Positions 1-11,000 of a stretch of 64,000 bases of DNA are shown in pieces. Each line of letters begins with the position of its first letter. Position 1 is the first letter of the stretch. Under the pieces are notes generated by a model that saw nothing but the letters and a program-made list of their open reading frames with translations, made no database searches and had not been told where the DNA came from. The position numbers and the translations under genes are program-made. This DNA is from a virus (Duplodnaviria > Caudoviricetes), in IMG/VR virus record IMGVR_UViG_3300025735_000007, positions 42,296-106,295 of that record; one strand, given 5' to 3'.

Positions 1-2
1 GC

Positions 3-410
3 AACTGGAACTACACCGGCGGCCAGATGAGCAATCAGTATGCGTTCGCCGATGGCGGTGTGATGACGCAATTCGGTCCGCTCGCGCTGCGCAAGTATGC
101 CAACGGCGGTGTCGCCGACAGCCCGCAGGTCGCGGTCTACGGCGAAGGCTCGATGACAGAAGCCTACGTGCCGCTGCCGGACGGTCGCTCGATTCCGGTG
201 ACGATCACCGGCGGCAACAGCGGGCAGCCGGCTTCGGGCACGCAGTCGAACATCGTTGTCAACGTGATCAATCAGTCGGGCCAGCAGGTCGAGGGCAAGC
301 AGGCGGGCTCGCCGCGCTTCGACGGCAAGCAGATGGTCCTCGACATTGTGCTGACTGCGGCGACGCAGCCGGGCAGCTTCCGTGATGGATTGAAAGGCGC
401 ACTGAAATGA
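3..410 (+). CDS. Tail tape measure protein, C-terminal part (partial, runs off left edge)
   Basis: Open frame from window edge; FADGG/YANGG and GEGxxxEAYVPL motifs typical of tape-measure C-termini; precedes tail-tip genes. Confidence 0.8.
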   Translation, partial: NWNYTGGQMSNQYAFADGGVMTQFGPLALRKYANGGVADSPQVAVYGEGSMTEAYVPLPDGRSIPVTITGGNSGQPASGTQSNIVVNVINQSGQQVEGKQAGSPRFDGKQMVLDIVLTAATQPGSFRDGLKGALK

Positions 411-772
411 CCTACACGACCATGCCGTTTTGCGACCTGCTGGACAGCTCCAAGTTCCAGCCGGAGAAAGAGAACCCCGCGCTTGCCTCGAAGATGGACG
501 GCGGCTATGTAGTCACGCGGCCGCGGCACACGCGTCGCCCGCGTCGCACCTTCACGCTGGGCTTTACCGACTTCTCGGACGCCCAGCGCGCCGCCGTGGA
601 CCAGCACTTCGACGACATGCACGGCGGGTCTTCGATCTTTTACTTCGTTCACCCCGTGAGCAAGGAAACGATCCTGGCCCGCTACACCACCGACACCACG
701 CTTCAGTGGACTTACAGCGGCTCCGGGCATACGCCATTGTGGAGCGTCACTTTCAAGGTTCAGGAGGCATGA
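407..772 (+). CDS. Distal tail / minor tail protein (lambda gpM-like)
   Basis: 121 aa, DGGYVVTRPR...F.F.HP...F.VQE pattern; position after tape measure; ATGA overlap. Confidence 0.65.
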   Translation: MTYTTMPFCDLLDSSKFQPEKENPALASKMDGGYVVTRPRHTRRPRRTFTLGFTDFSDAQRAAVDQHFDDMHGGSSIFYFVHPVSKETILARYTTDTTLQWTYSGSGHTPLWSVTFKVQEA

Positions 773-773
773 C

Positions 774-1409
774 ATGCCAAACCCGCTTTCCGTAGCAAGC
801 ATCATCGAAAAGAACAAGCTCGGCAGTGACGTGCCGTATCTCGCGTTCCTCGATGTGGGTGTGATCGACCCGACGACGGGGACCGTCACGGAGACCCTGC
901 ACTTCGTCAACAACACCGAGGACATTGTGCGCGCGGGCGTGACATACACCGCAATGCAGTTTTCGCTGGAGCTCAAGTCGAAGGCGGGCGCAGCGCCGCA
1001 GATCGACCTGTCGATTCTCGACTACACGCGGATGGTCATTCAGAAGATGAATGACTATGGTGGCGGGGCGGGGTTTCCGGTAACGGTCATTGTCTGCGAG
1101 ACGGATGCGCTCAACGAGCAGCCGGACATCCAGGAGTATTTCGAGATCGTCACTGCCACGGCAGACAACTACGTCACGACCTGGACGCTGGGCGCTGAGA
1201 ATGCGCTCACAAAGCAGTTCCCCCGACGCATGCAGCGCCGCGACTTCTGCCAGTGGCAATACCGCGACGGGCGCACCTGCCGCTATAACGGCGCACTGCC
1301 AGCGTGTGACCACACCTTCAGCGGTCCGCTCGGTTGCAAGATGCACGACAACGTGATCAATTTTGGCGGCCAACCGAATCTGGTGTCCAGCAACATCTTT
1401 GTGGCGTAA
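774..1409 (+). CDS. Minor tail protein (gpL-like, Cys-rich C-terminus)
   Basis: C-terminal CQWQY..CRY..CDH..GC..FGG pattern as in gpL-type Fe-S tail proteins; synteny. Confidence 0.7.
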   Translation: MPNPLSVASIIEKNKLGSDVPYLAFLDVGVIDPTTGTVTETLHFVNNTEDIVRAGVTYTAMQFSLELKSKAGAAPQIDLSILDYTRMVIQKMNDYGGGAGFPVTVIVCETDALNEQPDIQEYFEIVTATADNYVTTWTLGAENALTKQFPRRMQRRDFCQWQYRDGRTCRYNGALPACDHTFSGPLGCKMHDNVINFGGQPNLVSSNIFVA

Positions 1410-1415
1410 AATGAA

Positions 1416-1433
1416 TAAGTCACACATGACTTA
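1416..1433. promoter_or_regulatory. Palindromic operator (perfect copy)
   Basis: TAAGTCA-CACA-TGACTTA. Confidence 0.75.
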
Positions 1434-1806
1434 CACAGACTTGCTCGGCCGACCGTTTTCGATGGGCGGCCGCGGACCCGACGAATTCGATTGCTATGGG
1501 CTCGTCAAGTTTCTGATCGAACGCGACACGGGGCACTCAGTGCCGGATTACGTCACCCCGGCGGCAATGGGCGCGGTGCACGCGCTGATGATTGTCTCGC
1601 GCGAGTTCTGGACTCGGCTGCCGGGGCCGAAGGTGGGCTCGATGGTGTTCTTCAGGCTCGGGCGCCAAGTCTGCCACGTTGGCTATGTGATAAGTCACAC
1701 GTTATTTATTCATGCGTGGGAAAAATCAGGCGGCGTGACGATCGAACGGCTCGCCGCCTGGGAAAAACGGATTGATGGATTCTATGAATACACCGAAAAA
1801 GCGTAA
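1426..1806 (+). CDS. NlpC/P60 tail assembly protein (gpK-like); alternative start 1411
   Basis: GGRGPDEFDCYGLV and CHVG..FIHA catalytic Cys/His motifs. Confidence 0.85.
   Translation: MTYTDLLGRPFSMGGRGPDEFDCYGLVKFLIERDTGHSVPDYVTPAAMGAVHALMIVSREFWTRLPGPKVGSMVFFRLGRQVCHVGYVISHTLFIHAWEKSGGVTIERLAAWEKRIDGFYEYTEKA
1691..1708. promoter_or_regulatory. Palindromic operator (intragenic, upstream of J)
   Basis: TAAGTCA-CACG-TTATTTA. Confidence 0.55.
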
Positions 1807-4800
1807 GGCAGCACCGCAGTTTGTCAGGGTCCGCCGCATCACCAATCCGTTCGAGCCGATGCGCGATCTGCGCGACGAGCAGTGGAAGTGGCGCAAGACC
1901 TACACGCTCGCTGACTATCTGCCGCTCGGTGAGACGGCCGACGTAGTGCTTTCCGTGAACGGACAGGTGGTCGAGCGCGAGCACTTTGCAAAGACGAAAC
2001 TCCAGCCGACCGACTTCGTGGTGATCTGCCCGGTGCCACGCGGCGGTGACGGCGGCAAGGGCATTTTGCGCATTATCGGCATGATCGTAATCGCGGTGGC
2101 TTCCGTCTACACGGGCGGCGCAGCATCGGCCGCGTATGGCCCGATGGCAGGTGCCGCCGCGGCAGCCGCCGTTACGGTCGCGGGCACATTGCTGCTGAAC
2201 GCGATCCTGCCGCCTGCGGCAGCGACCAACAGCATGAATGGCGGGCTGGCGAGCAGCTCTAGCTACGGCGTCGACGGCGCAAAGAACACCAGTTCCGAAA
2301 TGATCCCGGTGCCTGTCCCATACGGCACTTTCCGCACCGCGGGCAACGTGATCGGCGTGCACACCGAGGCAAATGGCAACGACCAGATCCTCTATATGCT
2401 GATCAACGCCGGCGAGGGGCCGATTGCGTCTATCACCGACATCGAGATCAATGGCCGCAAGATCAATGAGTTCGCAGAAGTGTCCGTGCAGACGCGGCTC
2501 GGCGACCCTTTGCAAACGCCAATCGACTGGTTTTCGTCGGTCATCACGCCCTACCAGAAGAACCAGGAGATTCCGAAAGATGGCAGCTACCTGACGTTCG
2601 CGACCGAGGGTGACGTTGAGGCAGTTCGCCTCGACATCAATTTTCCTTCGGGCCTGTATGCGGTCGATATGAAGTCCGGCTCGGTCGTCGAGAACAAGAT
2701 TGCTCTCGAGGCCGACTACCGTATCGCTGGCAGCAACGGCAGCTGGACACCCTTCAGCTCGCAGCCTGCCACTTACGAGATGGTGCAGGTCCAGCCGGTC
2801 ACCAGCGTCGGCATTGGCAACCTCCCGGATCAGCGTCTCGCGTATGTCGATGGTGATTCGGGTATCCCGTGGGATGGGACACAAGTCATCACGGACCTGC
2901 ACATCACTACACCGGTCGGCACTGTCCTCGACACCACGCGCGATGCCATTTTTGCGAAGTTCGGCAGCTATATCGGGCAGAACATTGGAAGCTGGCCTGT
3001 CGGCTCTGGCGGCATAGTGGCGACTTCGGTGGCGATTCCGCCACAACCGGGCGCGCTCGTGATCAAAGAAAAGCTGCGCAGCGTTGTGCGCCGCAGCTAC
3101 ACGTCCCCGCAGTTGCCGATGGGCAAGTATGAGGTTCGGTTGCGCCGCGACGCGAACTACATCGACTATGGCGCGAACAAGGCGGGGGTTGGGCTGACGA
3201 ACACCGAAGCAACGTCGTCATCCGACTGCTACGTGTCCGATCTCAATGAAATTGTTTACGCCGGGGTCGGCCATAACCACACGGCACTGCTTGCGCTGCG
3301 CGTGAAGCTCGATGAGCAGCTTTCCGGTATTCCAACCGTCACGTTCGTGAACGGCGGCCGGATCATTACGACGTTCCAGCGCGCGAACGGCGTCATCACG
3401 ACGAAGGAAGCGGCAACCAACAACGCGGCATGGGTGCAGTGGGACGCGCTCACGCACTGGCGCTATGGCGCGGGCATCGACGGGGGCCGCCTGGATCTCT
3501 CGGCGTGGATCGACTGGGCCGAGTATTGCGGGGCGAATGGCCTCACGTTTGACGGTGTGTTCGACACGACCATGAACGCGTGGGACGCCTCGAACTACAT
3601 CGCGCGCGCGGGCCACGCGCAGCTGGTCCCGGTCGGCACACGCTATTCGATCATTATCGAGCGCCCTTCCGAGCCTGTGATGCTCTTCGGCATGGGCAAC
3701 ATCGTCGAGGGCACGTTCAAGCAGAGCTGGATGTCGCGCACTGACCGTGCGACCGAAGTGGACGTCACGTTTTTCGACAAGACGGACAGCTACAAGCAGA
3801 AGACGGTGAAGGTGACCGATTCCGCCGCAGCGCTCGAGGGGCGTCCGCAGAACCCGTCGGCGATCACGGCCTATGGCGTAGTGGACATCAAGCGTGCCTA
3901 TCTCGAAGGCGCGCTGCAGATGAACATCAACCGCTACCTGACTCAGACGTGCGAGTGGGATTCGCCGATCGAGGCGCTCGCGTGCACGCACGGCGACGTC
4001 GTGCTTGTGCAGCACGACCAGCCGGCGTGGGGCTTCTCAGGACGAACGGAGAGCGGCAGCACCGCGAGCGTGGTGAAGCTCGACAAGCTCGTCACGATGG
4101 AGGCGGGCAAGACCTACAAGCTCCTGCTCCTCGGTAGCACCGCGGTGCGTAACACGGGCACCATTGGCAGTGTGTCGGGCACCTTCATCGCCGTGCCAAC
4201 GCCGCCCAATGTGCGCATTCGCCGCATTCGCAATGCCGCAGGAGTGGAGACGGCAGTTAAAACAGTCGTGAGCGATGGCGTCTATGCTGAATCGACGACC
4301 GGGTTTGCTCCGGGGCAGCGCGTCACGTTCTATGACACGGACGTCATCGAGGAACACGACGTCGTGGTGCAGCCCGGCGAAACGGATGCCGTCACGGTGA
4401 CCGCACCCCTGTCGTTCGTGCCCGATGTGTTCACGAATTACCTGTTTGGCGAGACGACGAAGGTCAAGAAGCCTTTCCGCATCACCTCGATCACGCTGGG
4501 CTCGACCGACATGCAGCGGCATCTCTCGGCGCTTGAATACCGCGCGGAGGTGTATGACCTGTCGAGCTATGCCGATGTTGCGAACACGCTCACGCCGCCG
4601 TTGCTCGATCCGCGGCAGGCAGCGATCGGCGTCGTGCAGAACCTCTCCGTGTATGAGGAGACCTACGTCGCTGGCGCGCTGATCCTGACGGACGTGCGGG
4701 CATCGTGGGTGCAGCCGTTGATCGGTAACTATGCCGGCGCCGACGTCTTCCTCCAGATCAACGGGGGTGACTTCAACAAGGTCGGCACCGTCAAGGTCGG

Positions 4801-7357
4801 CACGAGCTATGTGCTGCCGGGCGTGAAGAAGGGCGACAACCTCGCGGTGCGCGTCCAGTCGTTTGACATCTGGGGCAAATACTCCGCCTATGACCAGGCG
4901 CCTACGGTCAACTACAAGGTCGTGGGCAACGTGACGAACCTGTCGTCGGCCGCCGTGTCGGGTGCGGATTTCTACTGGTCCGGGCGTGATTGCAAGCTCT
5001 TCTGGAACTACAACTCGACGACCGCATCCTTTGAATTCGGTTCCGAGCCAGAAGGCGCGCCGGGCACGCGCGACCCGCACTTCCAGGACTACGAGATCCG
5101 CATCTACGACCTGCAGCACAAGCTGTTGCGCACCGAACATACGACGGACAACAGCTACGTCTACACGTATGAGAAGAACTTCTCGGACGGACTGCACCGG
5201 CACGTCACCTTCGAAATTGCTGTGCGTGATATTTTCGGCAATATCGGCAAGCCGGCGGTGCTCGATGCCTATAACCCGCCGCCGACCGTGGTAACTGCGG
5301 CGACCAACGCGGCCTTCGATCGTATCCAGATCAACTTCACGCACAGCGACGACCCGGACTACGCCGGGGCGCGAGTTTTCCTGCGCTGGTCGGGCGACGT
5401 AGGGACGACGCCGACACTCGCCTACGACGGCCCGGACACAGCCGTGCTGATGTCGAATCTGATGTTCAATACGGACTATTACATCACGATCGTCCCGTAT
5501 GACGCGTTCGGGTTGGACGAGACTATCCCGAGCAACGAGATCCACGTCCACACGCCGTTTCTCGATGTGGAGGCCATCGCGGAGGGCGTGCTCAAGGACT
5601 CACAGCTGATTCCGGCGCTGCAAACCCGCATCGACCTCGTGGATGCGCCTGAGTCGATCATCGGCTCGGTGAATCAGCGCCTGGCTGACGCGAAGGCCAA
5701 GCTCTCGGGCGATCTGACAGCCGCAATCACACAAGAACAGCAGCTCCGGCAAGGCGCGGACAATAGCCTCGCCTCTCAGGTGACGACGCTCGTGTCGGCG
5801 AGCAACGCGAATACTGCGGCAATCACCTCCGAACAGACAGCACGCACGACCGCCGATCTGGCACTTGGCACACGCATCGACACAGTTGCGGCAAGCACGG
5901 GCAACAACACCGCGGCGATTCAGACGGAGATCACCGCACGCACGTCAGCCGACGCAGCGCTTGGCACCCGCATCGACACGGTGGCGGCTGCATACGGGAT
6001 GGACGCCACGAACCTGTGCGCGAATCCGGTGGCGGCCGGCGGGCTCACGACTGGATGGGACACACCGACGGCAGTCTTGGGCACTGCGCTTGACGTGCCT
6101 GCCGCGGCACCAGCGGCGTATGTGTTCCGCCAGAACATCCGCGATGCGCGCTATACGACGCGCGTCGTGTCTGTTACTGGCGGCCAGCAGCATTACCTCG
6201 AAATGCGCGCGGCCACGCCGGTCGCCGCGGTTCCGATCAGCATCGGCATGCGCTTCACGGCGCCCGGCAAGACGGACGTCTATGCCTGGGCGGCGACGCT
6301 TAACTCGACGTCGGTGTGGACGCGTCTCGCAGGCATGGTTACGGTCCCGGATGGCTACACGAGCGCCGAGCTGAGGGTGATGATCGACTTCGGCGCAGGC
6401 GTCACCAACGACAAGAACCGCTGGTATTACACGGACGTCGAGTGGCGCCCGGCAAGCCTGACGCAGCCGGCGATGGCCGCGATCAGCGTCGAGCAGACGG
6501 CGCGCGCGAGCGCGGACGGTGCGCTTTCAACCCGCATCGACAGCGTGAATGCGTCGCTCGGCACGACCAACGCAAACGTGCAGACCGAGATCAACGCGCG
6601 CGCGGCGGGTGACTCCGCAAACGCCAGTGCGATCTCGCAGCTGACCACCACGGTCAACGGCCACACGACCTCGATCCAGACCGCGCAAAGCTCGCTCAAT
6701 GGCCTGAGCGCGCAATACACGATCAAGATCGACAACAACGGCCATGTGTCGGGCTTTGGCCTCGCGTCGTATCCGGTCAACGGCGGCATCGTTAGCGAGT
6801 TCGCGGTGCGCGCCGATACGTTCTCGATCCAGTTGCCCGGCTATCCCGGTGTGCACCCGTTCACGGTGGGCGGCGTCGATGGTCAGGCGCGCGTGATCAT
6901 CAGCAGCGCGCTGATCGGCGACGCCGCCATCAGCACGGCCAAGATCGGCGACGCACAGGTCAACTCCGCAAAGATCGCCTACGCGGCGATCAACACCGCG
7001 CACATCGGCACCGCGCAGATCGACACACTGCGCATCGGCGCGAACGCCGTGTCGACGCTCGCCATCTGGGGTCTAGGCTCGGGCGGCACGGTCCAGTATC
7101 AGGCGGGCGGCGGCACGCTGATGGTGTTTGTCAGCGCGTTCATCGGTAGCCATTCCGGTTCTGACGGCGGCCAGGACTTCGCTGGCTCTGTCGTCGTCCA
7201 GATCAACGGACAGACCATCGTGACCATTTCGAATGGGTCACCCGCCTTCCAGACGAACTTCGGCATGACTGGGTTGGCTCCCGGGGTTTACAACGTGACC
7301 GCGAGCGGTAGCAACGCGCGAGGCATCACGGTCGCGGTTTTTGAATCGAAGCGATAA
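1775..7357 (+). CDS. Tail tip / host specificity protein (gpJ-like, with N-terminal gpI-like region fused)
   Basis: ~1860 aa; PVPYG motif, Fn3-like region, 25-aa TARTxAD.ALGTRID repeats, SAQYTIKIDNNGHVSGFGL (DUF1983-like) region. Confidence 0.9.
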   Translation: MDSMNTPKKRKAAPQFVRVRRITNPFEPMRDLRDEQWKWRKTYTLADYLPLGETADVVLSVNGQVVEREHFAKTKLQPTDFVVICPVPRGGDGGKGILRIIGMIVIAVASVYTGGAASAAYGPMAGAAAAAAVTVAGTLLLNAILPPAAATNSMNGGLASSSSYGVDGAKNTSSEMIPVPVPYGTFRTAGNVIGVHTEANGNDQILYMLINAGEGPIASITDIEINGRKINEFAEVSVQTRLGDPLQTPIDWFSSVITPYQKNQEIPKDGSYLTFATEGDVEAVRLDINFPSGLYAVDMKSGSVVENKIALEADYRIAGSNGSWTPFSSQPATYEMVQVQPVTSVGIGNLPDQRLAYVDGDSGIPWDGTQVITDLHITTPVGTVLDTTRDAIFAKFGSYIGQNIGSWPVGSGGIVATSVAIPPQPGALVIKEKLRSVVRRSYTSPQLPMGKYEVRLRRDANYIDYGANKAGVGLTNTEATSSSDCYVSDLNEIVYAGVGHNHTALLALRVKLDEQLSGIPTVTFVNGGRIITTFQRANGVITTKEAATNNAAWVQWDALTHWRYGAGIDGGRLDLSAWIDWAEYCGANGLTFDGVFDTTMNAWDASNYIARAGHAQLVPVGTRYSIIIERPSEPVMLFGMGNIVEGTFKQSWMSRTDRATEVDVTFFDKTDSYKQKTVKVTDSAAALEGRPQNPSAITAYGVVDIKRAYLEGALQMNINRYLTQTCEWDSPIEALACTHGDVVLVQHDQPAWGFSGRTESGSTASVVKLDKLVTMEAGKTYKLLLLGSTAVRNTGTIGSVSGTFIAVPTPPNVRIRRIRNAAGVETAVKTVVSDGVYAESTTGFAPGQRVTFYDTDVIEEHDVVVQPGETDAVTVTAPLSFVPDVFTNYLFGETTKVKKPFRITSITLGSTDMQRHLSALEYRAEVYDLSSYADVANTLTPPLLDPRQAAIGVVQNLSVYEETYVAGALILTDVRASWVQPLIGNYAGADVFLQINGGDFNKVGTVKVGTSYVLPGVKKGDNLAVRVQSFDIWGKYSAYDQAPTVNYKVVGNVTNLSSAAVSGADFYWSGRDCKLFWNYNSTTASFEFGSEPEGAPGTRDPHFQDYEIRIYDLQHKLLRTEHTTDNSYVYTYEKNFSDGLHRHVTFEIAVRDIFGNIGKPAVLDAYNPPPTVVTAATNAAFDRIQINFTHSDDPDYAGARVFLRWSGDVGTTPTLAYDGPDTAVLMSNLMFNTDYYITIVPYDAFGLDETIPSNEIHVHTPFLDVEAIAEGVLKDSQLIPALQTRIDLVDAPESIIGSVNQRLADAKAKLSGDLTAAITQEQQLRQGADNSLASQVTTLVSASNANTAAITSEQTARTTADLALGTRIDTVAASTGNNTAAIQTEITARTSADAALGTRIDTVAAAYGMDATNLCANPVAAGGLTTGWDTPTAVLGTALDVPAAAPAAYVFRQNIRDARYTTRVVSVTGGQQHYLEMRAATPVAAVPISIGMRFTAPGKTDVYAWAATLNSTSVWTRLAGMVTVPDGYTSAELRVMIDFGAGVTNDKNRWYYTDVEWRPASLTQPAMAAISVEQTARASADGALSTRIDSVNASLGTTNANVQTEINARAAGDSANASAISQLTTTVNGHTTSIQTAQSSLNGLSAQYTIKIDNNGHVSGFGLASYPVNGGIVSEFAVRADTFSIQLPGYPGVHPFTVGGVDGQARVIISSALIGDAAISTAKIGDAQVNSAKIAYAAINTAHIGTAQIDTLRIGANAVSTLAIWGLGSGGTVQYQAGGGTLMVFVSAFIGSHSGSDGGQDFAGSVVVQINGQTIVTISNGSPAFQTNFGMTGLAPGVYNVTASGSNARGITVAVFESKR

Positions 7358-7368
7358 GCGAGAGAACG

Positions 7369-7788
7369 ATGAACGAACAGACGACTGAAGATCAAACGCA
7401 GGAGGTGCCGGACCGGAGCTGGGTTCGCACCGACTACGTGGTGGCCGAGAATGCGACGGGCCGCATCCTCTACACCGGCACCGTGCCGCGCAAGATGATC
7501 GACATCCAGATCCCGCCCGAAGGCGCGTCGGTCGTGATCGGCATGGGTGCGCCCGAGACGCACTATGTCGTGAACGGCGCAGTTGTGCCTCGCCCGGTGA
7601 ATACGGCCACGCCAACGGGCAACACGCTCACGAACCTGCCCGTGCCGTGCACGATCAGCATCGACGGGACGGCGCACGACTGCGCGGACGACCATTGCGA
7701 GCTGTCGTTCTCGCATCCGGGCACCTACAACGTCACGGTGTCGGCGTGGCCGATGCTCGACGTAGCCTTCGAGGTCACACAGCCATGA
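7369..7788 (+). CDS. Tail-associated hypothetical protein
   Basis: ORF with RBS, directly downstream of J; YVVNGAVVPRP motif common after J genes. Confidence 0.6.
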   Translation: MNEQTTEDQTQEVPDRSWVRTDYVVAENATGRILYTGTVPRKMIDIQIPPEGASVVIGMGAPETHYVVNGAVVPRPVNTATPTGNTLTNLPVPCTISIDGTAHDCADDHCELSFSHPGTYNVTVSAWPMLDVAFEVTQP

Positions 7789-7973
7789 AGATTCACACGC
7801 AGATCGACGTGCGCCCGCGACGCGCGGCCGACTACATGGACATCGGCGCGCAGCTCGACGCGCTGATGAAGGGCTTTGCCGCGCTGGCCGAGCAGGGCGT
7901 TCAGCTGCCGCCGGAGACCGTGGCATGGATCGAGCACTGCCAGGCGGTGAAGGCGCGCCACCCCAAGCGTTGA
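7785..7973 (+). CDS. Small tail fibre chaperone-like protein
   Basis: RAADY.DIGAQLDAL...W...VKARHPK pattern; ATGA overlap with upstream gene. Confidence 0.6.
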   Translation: MKIHTQIDVRPRRAADYMDIGAQLDALMKGFAALAEQGVQLPPETVAWIEHCQAVKARHPKR

Positions 7974-7989
7974 CGCTTTCGATTGCAGA

Positions 7990-8007
7990 TAAGTCACGCG
8001 TTACTTA
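7990..8007. promoter_or_regulatory. Palindromic operator within sigma70-like promoter of tail fibre
   Basis: TAAGTCA-CGCG-TTACTTA; TTGCAG 7983 -17 bp- TATAAT 8006. Confidence 0.8.
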
Positions 8008-8047
8008 TAATCGGCGAGGATAACGTCTCTCCGACAAGGGTTTCTGC

Positions 8048-11000
8048 ATGGCTCAGCTCAAACAGGTTTGCACCGTCACCAACGGCTCGCAAACCGTAGC
8101 GGTGATCGGCGTAAATGTGGCTTACCGCATTCTCGCCAACAGCATCTTCATGACGTCGCCCGACTTTGTGCCCTACACGGTTGCGAGGGATGCGCAATTC
8201 GACGGCACGAACACGGTGGTCACGCTCGCGGCTGAGTATCAGGGCGACAGCGGCGCAATGGCGCAGGGCGTGTTCGTTACCGACTTCACCTACCCGGACA
8301 ATATCCCGCTCATCAGCCAGGGCGACGTCGGCACTGCCGCGATCTGGACGAAGGCGATGTATACGCTGCAGGCCATGATCGGCTCGGTAACGCCCGCCGG
8401 CCTGAACGCGTTCATCGCGCAGATCAACCAGACGCAGGCTGCCGCTGATGCTGACGCTGCCGCGGCGCTGGCCTCGCAGAACGCGGCCAAGACGTCGGAA
8501 ACGAACGCGAAGACATCGGAGACCAGTGCCGCCGCAAGCCAGTCGGCGGCGGCCACCAGTGCGACCAACGCAAAAACGTCCGAGACAAACGCGAAGACCA
8601 GTGAGACGAACTCGGCTGCGTCGGCCAGTGCGTCTGCGGGCTCCGCGACGGCATCGTCGAACTCGGCGACGGCTGCCGCCGGCTCCGCGAGTGCGGCATC
8701 GACGAGCGCAAGTAATGCGAGCGGCTCGGCGTCGGCCGCTGCCGCGTCGAAGACGGCAGCCGGCACGAGTGAAGCCAACGCGAAGACGTCGGAAACGAAC
8801 GCTGCGGGCTCTGCAGCAGCGGCGCTTGCTTCGCAGGACGCGGCGAAGACCAGCGAAACGAACTCGAAAACCTCCGAGACCAACGCAAAGACTTCGGAAA
8901 CCAACGCCAAGACGAGCGAAACGAACGCGAAAACGTCAGAGACCAATGCGGCCGCATCTGCAACTAACGCCGCGGTTGACCGCGCGACGGTGCAGGGCAT
9001 TCTGACGACGATGAATGCGCTGTATCTCGGCAATAAGGCGAGCGACCCTACTGTCGACAACAGCGGCAATGCGCTCAAGCAGGGCGCCGAATATTTCAAC
9101 ACGACCACGCAACTGCTGCGCGTCTACACGAGCACGGGCTGGCAGAACTACGACAAGGACGCGCAGACGCAGGCAACCAACGCGACCGCGAGTGCTGCGG
9201 CCGCGGCAGGTTCGGCGTCGGGCGCTGCCACGTCGGCGACGAACGCACACACCAGTGAGACTAATGCAGCAGCATCGGCGGCGGCCGCGCTCGCGTCGCA
9301 GAATGCCGCCAAGACCAGCGAGACGAACGCCAAGACGTCTGAGACGAACGCGAAAAGCTCTGAGACGAACGCGCAGACTAGCGAATCGAACGCCAAGACG
9401 AGCGAGACGAACGCCGCGGCGAGCGCTGCCCATGCCGATCAGGTCGCCCAGACCATCGGCAACCCAGTGTCCAAGAATGGCGACACGATGACGGGCCAGC
9501 TCGGGATCGCGTATGCGGGCGCGACGGAGATCCTGAACGACACCTCCGGCTCGACCCAGTTCGGCTATGGTTACCAGTCGGGCGGCACGCCGCTCTGGGC
9601 GATGTGGGTTGCCACGTCGAAGAACTGGCTGCTGCAGCGCTACGCGAATGGCGTGGCCGTCGATAACCCGATCTCGGTATCTGGCTCGACCGGTGTCGTC
9701 AGCATGCCGAGCCGCGTGCTAGTCGGCGCAGGGGCAGACGACGGCTCAAATTCGCTGCAGGTTGGCGGCAGCATGCGCGCCGACAACTACTACATGCTGG
9801 CTCAGGGCACCGGCGACGCAGGCACGATTGGGTGGGGCAACAGCAACGGCCCGGCAATCGGCATGTATGGGAGCGCAACGGGGTCTGCAGGCGCGTTTGT
9901 GCTCAAGACTGCCGGTGTGGAGCGAGTGCGTCTGAATGGGGCAGGCCGTTTGCTCGTTGGCACTGCCACCGATGACGGCGCGAACCTGATGCAGGTGAAC
10001 GGCAACGTCTCGCTCGTCGGCGCCGGCCCGAAGATCACGTTCAACGCAGCTGGCCCATTTGTCAACTCGCCGTCCGCGAACGTGCTGGCGCTCTCGAATG
10101 GCTCGGCCGAAGTCTTCCGTCTGAGCGCGGGCGGCCGCCTGCTGGTTGGAACGACGACTGACGACGGCGCGAACGTGTTGCAGGTAGCCGGCGCCGCAAA
10201 GGTCAGCGGAGTGCTGACGGCAACTGCCGGTGGCACTTTCTCCGCGGCCGCCTTCGTTGACATGGTGTCCACCGCTACGACCGCACAGCTCAGCTTGAAA
10301 GGATCGAGCGGTGCGCTCAGCACCGAAAGCAAACTGCGCTTCTATGGCACCTTCGGCACCGGTTCGGATCTGGGCACGCGTCTGGTCGCGTCCATGCGCG
10401 CCGGCTTCAATGCGGGGACGTGGGGTAAGGAATACCTCGACTTTTACCTGAACAGCGCGAGCAACGACGCGCAGAGCGACGCCAACCAGTCGCGCGTGCT
10501 GCGACTGGCATATGGCGGTCGCGTGATCGTCGGCACCAATGCGGTCGACGACGGAGTCAACCGTCTCCAGGTCAGCGGTAACGTGGCGCTCTCTGGCGCC
10601 ATGAAGGTCGGCACCTACACGCAGCAGGTCGAGATCAACGGCGACTCTTACACGGCCGTCAACGCCTATTACGACGGCACGAACTGGCAGCGCATCGACA
10701 CAACCAAGCCAGCGTGGCTGTTCCAGAGCAACGTCACGAACGACATGACGTTCGAAGGCTACAAGGGGCTGTCGTGGTGGGTGTGCCAGCCGGGCACGAA
10801 CCCGATTGGTAACTGGGGCGCGGCTAACGGCTGGACGCTGATTCAAAGCTATTCGCAATACCACGACGTCACGCTCGGCGGGAACGGTTTTGAAATCGAC
10901 GGTAACGGCACGCTGCCGTATGGTCGTTTCCAGCACGCGACCGTCGGAGGCCAGAAGCGAACCGGCGTGATGACCAACGCCTACATCGATGAGTCCGGGC

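Noticed and set aside
1706-5551. Long antisense ORFs (e.g. 1706-3046, 4037-5551; also 9746-11188, 34471-36030, 50449-51918)
   Set aside because: Shadow frames of GC-rich genes; no motifs or RBS, and they lie opposite well-supported CDSs
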